In this document: in pieces, positions 1-7,125 of the stretch | Numbering within the stretch: the stretch's first letter is position 1 | How the letters are laid out: each line of letters begins with the position of its first letter | Assembly: GCA_050115495.1 (NCBI GenBank) | Contig: JASFQK010000058.1 | Span: forward strand, 1 to 21,674 | Length of the DNA stretch: 21,674 nucleotides | From: Phycisphaerae bacterium | GTDB lineage: Bacteria > Planctomycetota > Phycisphaerae > UBA1845 > Fen-1342 | Direction: 5' to 3' | Translations under genes and position numbers: made by a program | The notes under the pieces: model-generated | Databases searched by the model: none | The model's input: the letters and a program-made list of their open reading frames with translations, nothing else | What the model was told of the DNA's origin: nothing

Positions 1-170
1 TCGCGTCGTTACTCTCGTGCATCGGCGTACTCCTCTGCCCAGCGTGGGCGGCTCGGAACCAATCTTGATCCCGAGAGTACGCCGCCTTTTTTCATCCCGC
101 CATCAACGAAATTCGGTTATAGCTCCCTGTCGTCCGCTTGATCTGTCAATCGTTCTTCCGCAGAAGTCGC

Positions 171-266
171 GGGGCGATTCTGTGTAAGTGGGTTGAGCAG
201 TACGATCCTGAATTGTCCGAGCAGCTGCGCAAGCCGGTCAAAGCCGGCAAGTGGCACATCATGGGC
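171..266 (+). pseudogene. Fragment of a GH38 alpha-mannosidase N-terminal catalytic domain
   Basis: Translates GAILCKWVEQYDPELSEQLRKPVKAGKWHIMG, resembling the GH38 segment (E)AILYxWVEEYEPELFxxIxxLVKxGxWHIMG. The expected continuation GWxxxPD is absent and a putative IS end follows at 278. Confidence 0.6.
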
Positions 267-277
267 AGTAGCAGCGC

Positions 278-322
278 TGACCTGCCCCCATTTCATGTAC
301 CAGTGGTCGTGAGAGTCTGGCC
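278..322 (-). mobile_element. Probable orphan terminal inverted repeat of an IS3-family element
   Basis: TGACCTGCCCCCATTTCATGTACCAGTGGTCGTGAGAGTC resembles IS3-family (IS407-group-like) ends beginning TGACCTGCCCCC. It lies 11 bp after the point where GH38 similarity stops. No transposase ORF is recognisable next to it. Confidence 0.45.
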
Positions 323-490
323 GTGTTCGATCCCGGCTGGGGGGGCCTCCGGTGCTCTCCGGTTGGGGCTTTGAAGCCGGGTGTTTGGGGGCAGCACCTT
401 CTGCCAACGCGAGTCGCCCGTGCGTGGCGTGAACCTCGCACGGGCGACCTGGAGGAGGGGACGCTTCAATGCGTCGCATTCAGACCATGA

Positions 491-1531
491 CTATCGTCGG
501 CGCAGCAAGCTCAGACCGCCCAGCGCCAGCAGCGTGAGCGTGGCGGGCTCAGGAACCTGCGCGACGCGAAAGCCCATAACTTGTGAGATCATACCTCCCC
601 AGCCGGCCGACATGCGACACCCTGCCAACATCGCCGCGGCGTTGGCGTCCAGCCAGAAAGAGCAAAAGCCCCGGATAGCGGGCTCGGAACCGTAGGGGCT
701 GTACTTCAGGGTCTCGACGAATTCCCATGCGTTCCCGCCCTGGTCATACGTGCCGTAGGGGCTGGCGGACAGAGAGAAATACCCGACCTCCGAGGTCCAG
801 TACGGTGCGCCGATCGTGACATCGCCGTCATAGTAGTTCGCCGAGTGCCCGGTATCACCTTCTGGATTCCCATTGTTCGGGAGATCAGGCAAAGAGAATT
901 GCATAGGCCACTGCCAGTAGTTCCCCGTCACGCCATCGTTCTTGTGATACGCGCTCTTGTACCACTCATCCTCGTTCGGAAGCACCCACGTGGCGTCCGG
1001 CTGACGCGTAACCTGCCGCAGTTGATCCGGCTCCGTGGCACCGTTCAGGTAGTACGAGCCGTCCTCCGTCGTGGACAGACCCTGCGCACCCGACGGCTGG
1101 CCGTTGTGCATCCAGTTCGCGAATCTGAGCGTGTCCTCCCACTGGATGTGCACTACGGGGCGCTTCGCCCAATCCTCTCCTACGCTGTACGTGTAGCTGC
1201 CGGGCGAGCCACTGCGGTGAATCCCGCATTGGAACTCGCCGCTACCCATGCCGGAGCTGTACAATCCATACGTGTCCGTCTGGGCCACGGCGTTCAGGAA
1301 CTCTGTGTACTCACTCGCCGTAATCTCATACGTGCCCATCTCGAACACGTAGTCCACCCCGCCACAGATGCGGTCTGGACCGAAGCCCCAGTAGGCACTC
1401 TCGCCAGACAGCTCTCCGGGGTTGCCCGGGTTGCCCACAGTGACGGTGTCAACGACGATCGTCGCCGACGCGCTGAGCACGCATCCGAAGACCGCCGCGA
1501 GCGTCACGAGACTGCCGATACACTTGAACAT
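491..1531 (-). CDS. FGE-sulfatase (SUMF1/CLec-fold) domain protein with signal peptide and PEP-CTERM anchor (FGE-1, type B core)
   Basis: 346 aa. Signal peptide ends ASA. Motifs TVGNPGN, MGTYEIT, RPVVHIQW, LPNEDEWYKSAY, YGTYDQGGNAWE, GFRVA, then VPEP-hydrophobic-RRR. SD GGAG precedes the ATG. Confidence 0.93.
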   Translation of the reverse strand: MFKCIGSLVTLAAVFGCVLSASATIVVDTVTVGNPGNPGELSGESAYWGFGPDRICGGVDYVFEMGTYEITASEYTEFLNAVAQTDTYGLYSSGMGSGEFQCGIHRSGSPGSYTYSVGEDWAKRPVVHIQWEDTLRFANWMHNGQPSGAQGLSTTEDGSYYLNGATEPDQLRQVTRQPDATWVLPNEDEWYKSAYHKNDGVTGNYWQWPMQFSLPDLPNNGNPEGDTGHSANYYDGDVTIGAPYWTSEVGYFSLSASPYGTYDQGGNAWEFVETLKYSPYGSEPAIRGFCSFWLDANAAAMLAGCRMSAGWGGMISQVMGFRVAQVPEPATLTLLALGGLSLLRRR

Positions 1532-1565
1532 GAGTTTCTCCTCTCCTCAAACATCATTCGACCAG

Positions 1566-1583
1566 TGGCTGGGCACCCAGTCA
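1566..1583. promoter_or_regulatory. Conserved palindrome 35 nt upstream of the FGE-1 start
   Basis: TGGCTGGG-CA-CCCAGTCA (one mismatch). Same motif and spacing as at 5815, 7006 and 11251. Confidence 0.6.
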
Positions 1584-1645
1584 TGCTGATCGGACTCCTC
1601 CGCTCGTACGCCCGGCTCAGCCGCCGGCGGCGTACGGTCCAATCC

Positions 1646-1680
1646 ACAGCACACGGCGCCTTCCCTACGCCGTGTGCTGT
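1646..1680 (-). terminator. 13-bp stem-loop just downstream of S8-a (terminator or mRNA-stabilising hairpin)
   Basis: ACAGCACACGGCG-9 nt-CGCCGTGTGCTGT, a perfect inverted repeat with no U-tract. Homologous to 7087-7115. Confidence 0.55.
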
Positions 1681-1691
1681 CTTGCTGTACA

Positions 1692-4535
1692 TCAACCGCC
1701 CGTGATCAGAGCCACGAACGGGCCGATGTCGAAGTTGTTCACTTCGCCGTCGCCGTTGACGTCGCCTGCCAGGCGATTGCAGTCCGGATACTGCTCGGCG
1801 TACCCGGCGGGGTCGGTAATCGCCAGCACGAACGGGCCGATGTCGAAGTTGTTCACGTTGCCGTCGCAGTTCAGGTCGCCCGGCGTGTAAGGGCATTCCT
1901 CCTCGATCAGCAGCGTCATCTGCTTCGCATCAGCCCGACCGAACGAGTCGATCACACGGAAGTATGGCTGATACGTACCGAACGCAGTCGGCGTACCCAT
2001 CAGACAACCGTCGGTTGTCAGATACATGCCCTCCGGCAGCGGATTCGGCTGGACGATCTCGAGCGAATCGGCATCGGTGAGGTTGGCGGCACCATCGTAC
2101 GCGCTGAGCAGATAGTGCACGCCGTCGCCGGCGGAGATGCCGACGGTGGGCGTCATGTTCGTGTTGCTTGAGCCGTAGTGGAAGTAGATGGCGCCGGTTT
2201 CGGTAAGCGTGCACGAGAAGTCGGCCTGGTTCGCGCACGGGTAGTGCCGGGCATTCCATCGGAAAGTGACCTCGCCAGCCACCGATGCGTCGATGTAGAT
2301 GCCGGTGTCGACGGTACAGTCGGTCTCCCAGTCATCCCACAACGGGGCGATGCGAATGTTGCTGAGCAGCTCGGTCGTGGTGTTGCTGCCGTCGCTGCTC
2401 GCGTCCGCACTGAAGTCGAGGTAACCGTTGCTGCTCGCGTACACCCCGCTGTACGGCTGGTTGAAGAACCAGAACGTAAACGGCAGCGCATATGGCCATT
2501 TGCCGTCATCCGCGTGCCACTCCATGGCCATACCGACCTCGGCGAAGAGGCTGGTGCCAAGATCGTGTTCCACATACGCGTCGCCCACGGCGGAGAACGT
2601 CAGCGCGGGCTGCCCCTGATCCACCTCGATATGGATGGGCGCGTATGGGGCGTTCAGACAACCGCTCGGGATACTCTCGGTCGTGATGGTCGGCGGACCG
2701 TACGCGGTAAGGATGGTCACCGTCGCCGGCTCGGACTCGCCGCCGTCCGGCGGCACGCCACCGTCATCGGCGGCGAACTGGAAGTCCTCGATGCCGTAGT
2801 AACCGCCGCTCGGGGAGTAGATCACAGCATTGCCGTGGTCGGACAACGTGTAGGGCAGATCCGCAGGCTGAATCACATAGCTGTTGCCGGCGTCGATCAG
2901 GTCCTGGCCGGGTAGTGAGTGGATGATGTAGGTCAGCGGGCCGCCGGGTTCACCATCCCGGTCAATCGCTACCAGCTCGATCTCCAATGCGGTATCGACG
3001 GAGGTGTCGTGGCTTGCGTCGTAAGCCGTCGGGGGCCTCAGGCCACAGCGCGACTCGGCCAGCCGCACGGCCTCGTAGGCATCGACAAGGCCGTGGCCGT
3101 ACCACGCGGGCGGGCCCTCCAGATCCAATGCGCTGTCGTACATGACCTGTTTGACCTCTTCGGGGGTGAGGTAGGGACAGGCCTGGAGTATCAGCGCCAC
3201 AACGCCCGCGACGTGCGGCGTGGCCATTGACGTGCCATCGTAAGAGTCATAGCCACCCGGCACGCTGGAGCGCACCTGCACACCCGGCGCTGAGAGTTCC
3301 GGCTTGGAGGCCACACTGCCATCGGGCGTGCAGTAGCTCGGGCCCTTCGACGAGAAGCTCGCCAGCGGATAGCCTTCCGTGTTGGCGTCGATCGCAGCTA
3401 CCGCACACGTTCGGTATCCGTCTGTGGCGCGGTCCGCCGGACGGCGGAGCGAGTAATAGTCGGGTCCTTCATTGCCGGCCGCGAATAGGATCACACATCC
3501 GGCCGCCTCGCAGGCGTCCAGGTAGGCCCAGAAGGCGTCGTTGCAGGGCTCATTGTACGGCGGGACGTCGTGATACGAGGCAATGCCCCACGAGTTCGAG
3601 CAGACCTGTGGGACATCCCAGGCGGTGGTCGGGTCGCCATCGGGGTCGATCAGCCACTCGTAAGCCTCCATTACGTTCTCGGCCATCTCATAGCCACCGA
3701 CGCCGGTGCGATCGATGACGGCGGCTTGAATCCACTCTGCACCTGGGGCCACACCGATCTCATCGCCCGGCGCGCCGCCGCAAAGCGTGCCCATCGTGTG
3801 CGTTCCGTGTCCATTCCAGGCGAGATCCTGCGGGAAACTCCAACCGGTCACGGGATCGAAGAGCGCCCACTCGGGATGGTAGGCATAGCGAGCATCCAGC
3901 CCCCGCCAACGGCTGGCCAGCGCGTCGTGAGTGCCGTCGACGCCGGTATCGAGCGTCGCGACGAGGATGCCTTCGCCCGTGTAACCCAGGGCCCAGGCCT
4001 CCGGCGCGCGAATGGCCACCAACCCCGGCTCGGGCGTCCGCGGGCCGCACGGCTCGGGTCCGCCGAACTGCTCCTCAGTATTCAGTGAGGGCACGGGTTC
4101 GATCAACTCGATCGGGAAATTGGAGTATACGGTATCGACGTCGGGGTGCCGGGCGAGTTCGAGGAGCTCGGACTTCGTGGCGTCAACCGCGAACGCGTTG
4201 ACGATCCAGAAGGACCTGAAGCGCTCGACCTGACCGGCTGCCTCGAGCTGCGTGAGGTGGTCGAGCAGGTTCCCGCGGGTGGCCGTCGCCGTTTGCTGTA
4301 GCGCGGTCACCACCAACTCGTGTCGCTCCTGTCGCGACATCCGCTCGACGCGGAACTGCTGCATCATGGTGTCGAGATCGACCTGGTCCTTCAGGTAGAC
4401 CAGGGCCGAGATGGTATCGTCGGGGCCGGCGACATCCAGGACGTCCTGAAGACCTGGGTGGATGTCCCCAGCCCACACGGGCGTGGCCAATGCTGATACT
4501 ACCAGCAGCCCGCATAGGATTCGGCTTATTCTCAT
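1692..4535 (-). CDS. Secreted S8 subtilisin-like serine peptidase with propeptide, Ig-like and nidogen-like modules and C-terminal dockerin-like domain (S8-a)
   Basis: Catalytic motifs ATLDTG, HGTHTMG, AAGN, GTSMATPHVAG. Signal peptide MRISRILCGLL..PVWA. Start placed at ATG 4535 because GGAG lies 7 nt upstream (ORF track starts at 4580). C-terminus GDLNCDGNVNNFDIGPFV..GDVNGDGEVNNFDIGPFV. Confidence 0.93.
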   Translation of the reverse strand: MRISRILCGLLVVSALATPVWAGDIHPGLQDVLDVAGPDDTISALVYLKDQVDLDTMMQQFRVERMSRQERHELVVTALQQTATATRGNLLDHLTQLEAAGQVERFRSFWIVNAFAVDATKSELLELARHPDVDTVYSNFPIELIEPVPSLNTEEQFGGPEPCGPRTPEPGLVAIRAPEAWALGYTGEGILVATLDTGVDGTHDALASRWRGLDARYAYHPEWALFDPVTGWSFPQDLAWNGHGTHTMGTLCGGAPGDEIGVAPGAEWIQAAVIDRTGVGGYEMAENVMEAYEWLIDPDGDPTTAWDVPQVCSNSWGIASYHDVPPYNEPCNDAFWAYLDACEAAGCVILFAAGNEGPDYYSLRRPADRATDGYRTCAVAAIDANTEGYPLASFSSKGPSYCTPDGSVASKPELSAPGVQVRSSVPGGYDSYDGTSMATPHVAGVVALILQACPYLTPEEVKQVMYDSALDLEGPPAWYGHGLVDAYEAVRLAESRCGLRPPTAYDASHDTSVDTALEIELVAIDRDGEPGGPLTYIIHSLPGQDLIDAGNSYVIQPADLPYTLSDHGNAVIYSPSGGYYGIEDFQFAADDGGVPPDGGESEPATVTILTAYGPPTITTESIPSGCLNAPYAPIHIEVDQGQPALTFSAVGDAYVEHDLGTSLFAEVGMAMEWHADDGKWPYALPFTFWFFNQPYSGVYASSNGYLDFSADASSDGSNTTTELLSNIRIAPLWDDWETDCTVDTGIYIDASVAGEVTFRWNARHYPCANQADFSCTLTETGAIYFHYGSSNTNMTPTVGISAGDGVHYLLSAYDGAANLTDADSLEIVQPNPLPEGMYLTTDGCLMGTPTAFGTYQPYFRVIDSFGRADAKQMTLLIEEECPYTPGDLNCDGNVNNFDIGPFVLAITDPAGYAEQYPDCNRLAGDVNGDGEVNNFDIGPFVALITGG
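1713..1856. repeat. Identical 30-bp repeat encoding the two dockerin-like loops (copies 1713-1742, 1827-1856, 7147-7176, 7261-7290)
   Basis: CACGAACGGGCCGATGTCGAAGTTGTTCAC occurs four times and encodes VNNFDIGPFV on the minus strand. Confidence 0.9.
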
Positions 4536-4660
4536 GACTTCACTCCATCTGTGTAACGGCACTGCCGGAGACGCTGACATGAGAATGCGTCATCCAGCGA
4601 GATCGTGATTGTCTCGAACGGCTACGTTGAGCGAGCTTTGAAGTGTCACCCGCGCCCGCC

Positions 4661-4722
4661 CACCGCTGTTGGTCGGAGCAGCGGTGAGCAGGCGGCGAGC
4701 GACTCGGAGATGGACATTCTGC
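4661..4722. repeat. Intergenic hairpin-containing repeat downstream of FGE-2 (homologous to 5870-5931; hairpin related to 10107-10140)
   Basis: CACCGCTGTT-GGTCGG-AGCAGCGGTG stem, followed by AGCAGGCGGCGAGCGACTCGGAGATGGACATT, which closely matches the copy at 5870-5931. Confidence 0.75.
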
Positions 4723-4738
4723 GACGATCAGACGCGCG

Positions 4739-5782
4739 CTAGCGCCGACGCCACACAGCGACGCCGGCCAGCGCCAGCAGCGTGAGCGTAGCGGGCTCGG
4801 GAACCTGCGCGAGGCGGAAGCCCATAACGTCTACGGACGCACCCGACCAGCCGCCTTCGAAGCGAACCCCCGCCAACATCGCCGGGGCACCGAAGTCCAG
4901 CCAGTAGAAGCAGAAGCCCCGCATGATGGGGATTTCGTGCCCGGGGTCGCCTTCCAGGGTCTCGACGTATTCCCATGCGTTCCCGCCCTGGTCATACGTG
5001 CCGTACGGACTGGCGGACAGTGAGAAATACCCGACTTCCGAGGTCCAGTACGGCGGGCCGATCGTGGCATCGCCGTCACAGTAGTTTGCCGAGTGTCCGC
5101 TATCACCGTCTGGATTCCCATTGTCCGGGATATCAGGCATGGAGCATTGCACAGGCCACATCCAGTAGTTCCCCGTCACGCCATCGTTCTTGTGATACGC
5201 GGACTTGTACCACTCATCCTCGTTCGGAAGCACCCACGTGGCGTCCGGCTGACGCGTAACCTGCCGCAGTTGATCCGGCTCCGTGGCACCGTTGAGGTAG
5301 TACGAGCCGTCCTCCGTCGTGGACAGACCCTGCGCACCCGACGGCTGGCCGTTGTGCATCCAGTTCGCGAATCTGAGCGTATCCTGCCACTCGATGTGCA
5401 GTACGGGGCGCTTCGCCCAATCCTCTCCTACGCTGTACGTGTAGCTGCCGGGCGAGCCACTGCGGTGAATCCCGCATTGGAACTCGCCGGTACACATGCC
5501 GGGGCTGTACAACGCATACGTGTCCGTCTGGGCCACGGCGTTCAGGAACTCTGTGTACTGACCCGCCGTGATCTCATACTTGCCCATCTCGTACACGTAG
5601 TCTACCCCGCCACAGATGCGGTCTGGACCGAAGCCGTAGTAGCCTACTCCCGCCCCAGACAGTTCTCCGGGGTTGCCCGGGTTGCCCACGGTGACGGTGT
5701 CGACGACGATCGTTGCCGACGCGCTGAGCACGCATCCGAAGACCGCCGCAAGCGTCATGAGCCTGCCAACACACTTCAACAT
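4739..5782 (-). CDS. FGE-sulfatase domain protein with PEP-CTERM anchor (FGE-2, type B core)
   Basis: Start at ATG 5782 (MLKCVG..) after SD AAGGAG. Same FGE motifs as 491-1531. Ends VPEPATLTLLALAGVAVWRRR. Confidence 0.93.
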   Translation of the reverse strand: MLKCVGRLMTLAAVFGCVLSASATIVVDTVTVGNPGNPGELSGAGVGYYGFGPDRICGGVDYVYEMGKYEITAGQYTEFLNAVAQTDTYALYSPGMCTGEFQCGIHRSGSPGSYTYSVGEDWAKRPVLHIEWQDTLRFANWMHNGQPSGAQGLSTTEDGSYYLNGATEPDQLRQVTRQPDATWVLPNEDEWYKSAYHKNDGVTGNYWMWPVQCSMPDIPDNGNPDGDSGHSANYCDGDATIGPPYWTSEVGYFSLSASPYGTYDQGGNAWEYVETLEGDPGHEIPIMRGFCFYWLDFGAPAMLAGVRFEGGWSGASVDVMGFRLAQVPEPATLTLLALAGVAVWRRR

Positions 5783-5814
5783 GGATTTCTCCTTTCCGCT
5801 AGTGCCACACGACC

Positions 5815-5836
5815 AATGGCTGGACACCCAGCCATT
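5815..5836. promoter_or_regulatory. Conserved palindrome upstream of FGE-2
   Basis: AATGGCTGG-ACAC-CCAGCCATT, a perfect 9-bp inverted repeat at the same spacing to the ATG as the other copies. Confidence 0.6.
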
Positions 5837-5869
5837 CTGACCAGAATCCTTGCACCGCCCATGCCCACC

Positions 5870-5931
5870 CACCGCCGTTGATTACAACAGTGGTGAGCAG
5901 GTGGCGAGCGACTCAGAGAAGGACATTTGTG
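5870..5931. repeat. Intergenic hairpin-containing repeat downstream of FGE-3
   Basis: CACCGCCGTTG-ATTA-CAACAGTGGTG imperfect stem, plus a tail matching 4661-4722. Confidence 0.7.
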
Positions 5932-5948
5932 CAGTGGTCAAGTCGACG

Positions 5949-6971
5949 TTACCGTCGACGCCACACAGTGATGCCGGCCAAGGCGATCAGGGCAAGCGAA
6001 CTCGGCTCAGGCACCCGGGCCAGGCGGAACCCGACTTCGCAACGACCGTCATTCTGACCGTCAAGGTGAAAGGCAGACCACAGTGCGTACCAGTAGAAAT
6101 CGATCAGCATCGCAGCTTGTCCCCGAATGACTAGAGTCCCGGCTTGGGCCCCGTCGGAGATGATGCTCATTTCGAAGACATTGCCGCCTTGGTCGTATGT
6201 GCCGTAAGGGCTGGCAGATAAACTGAAATACCCGGCGGGTGTCGTGTAATACGGGGCCCCGATCGTCGCATCATAGCCGTCGATGTAGTTCGCCGAATTC
6301 CCGGTATCACCCTCAGGGTTTCCGTTATCCGGGATCGAGGGGAGGTCAGTGCCCATGGGGAAATCCCAGTAGTTCCCCGTCACGCCGTCGTTCTTGTGAT
6401 ACGCCGCCTTGTACCACTCATCCTCGGTTGGGAGCACCCACGTGGCGTTCGCCTGCCGAACGAGCGTAGTCGGATACTCGACCCCGTTCAGATAGTAAGA
6501 ACCATCTTCAGTGGTCGAGAGATCCTGTCCCCCGGTCGGCTGACCGTTGTGCATCCAGTTGGCAAACCGGGCGGCGTTTCCCAGAGTCAACCAGTTTACC
6601 GGCCGCATTGCCCAATCGTCCGAAACACTGTAGTGATACATGCCCTGCACCGTGTAGCGATTGATTCCGCAAGGGCACTCGGCGTTCCACATGAGCTCGT
6701 TGTACAAACCGTACGTGTCGAATCTCGCCACGGCGTTGAGGAACGCGGTGTACTGACCGGCGGTGATCTCGTACTTGCCGATGTCGTACACATAGTCCAC
6801 GGCGCCACAAATGCGGTCCGCCCCCAATCCGCCTGCACTCTCGCCGGACAACTCGCCGGTGTTTCCCGGATTGCCCACGGGGACGGTGTCAATGACGACC
6901 GCCGCCGACGCGCTGAGCACGCACCCGAAGACCGCCGCGAGCGTCACGAGCCTGCCAATACGCTCAAACAT
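5949..6971 (-). CDS. FGE-sulfatase domain protein with PEP-CTERM anchor (FGE-3, type A core)
   Basis: 340 aa. Signal peptide, IGKYEIT, RPVNW, LPTEDEWYKAAY, YDQGGNVFE, VGFRLARVPEP..WRRR. SD GGAG. Confidence 0.93.
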   Translation of the reverse strand: MFERIGRLVTLAAVFGCVLSASAAVVIDTVPVGNPGNTGELSGESAGGLGADRICGAVDYVYDIGKYEITAGQYTAFLNAVARFDTYGLYNELMWNAECPCGINRYTVQGMYHYSVSDDWAMRPVNWLTLGNAARFANWMHNGQPTGGQDLSTTEDGSYYLNGVEYPTTLVRQANATWVLPTEDEWYKAAYHKNDGVTGNYWDFPMGTDLPSIPDNGNPEGDTGNSANYIDGYDATIGAPYYTTPAGYFSLSASPYGTYDQGGNVFEMSIISDGAQAGTLVIRGQAAMLIDFYWYALWSAFHLDGQNDGRCEVGFRLARVPEPSSLALIALAGITVWRRR

Positions 6972-7005
6972 GAGTGTCTCCTCTCCGCTAGTGCCACACG
7001 ACCAG

Positions 7006-7023
7006 TGGCTGGGCTCCCAGCCA
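7006..7023. promoter_or_regulatory. Conserved palindrome 35 nt upstream of FGE-3
   Basis: TGGCTGGG-CT-CCCAGCCA, a perfect inverted repeat. Confidence 0.6.
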
Positions 7024-7086
7024 TGCTGACCGCAATCCTCAGCTCGTACGCCTCGCTCGGCCGTCGGTGACGCACTGTCCGGTCCA

Positions 7087-7115
7087 GCACACGGCGCTCC
7101 ACGAGCGCCGTGTGC
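7087..7115 (-). terminator. 13-bp stem-loop downstream of S8-b
   Basis: GCACACGGCGCTC-CAC-GAGCGCCGTGTGC, a perfect inverted repeat with no U-tract. Confidence 0.55.
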
Positions 7116-7125
7116 GACCTCGGGC

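Noticed and set aside
1713..1856. 30-bp direct repeats as a CRISPR array
   Set aside because: Only two copies per locus with 84 bp between them, in frame within the dockerin-like coding region, and no cas genes.
5783..5872. Upstream extensions of the FGE ORFs (5872 and 11334 starts) and of 12943 and 13299
   Set aside because: SD positions, signal peptides and paralog alignment place the starts at 5782, 11214, 13096 and 13590.
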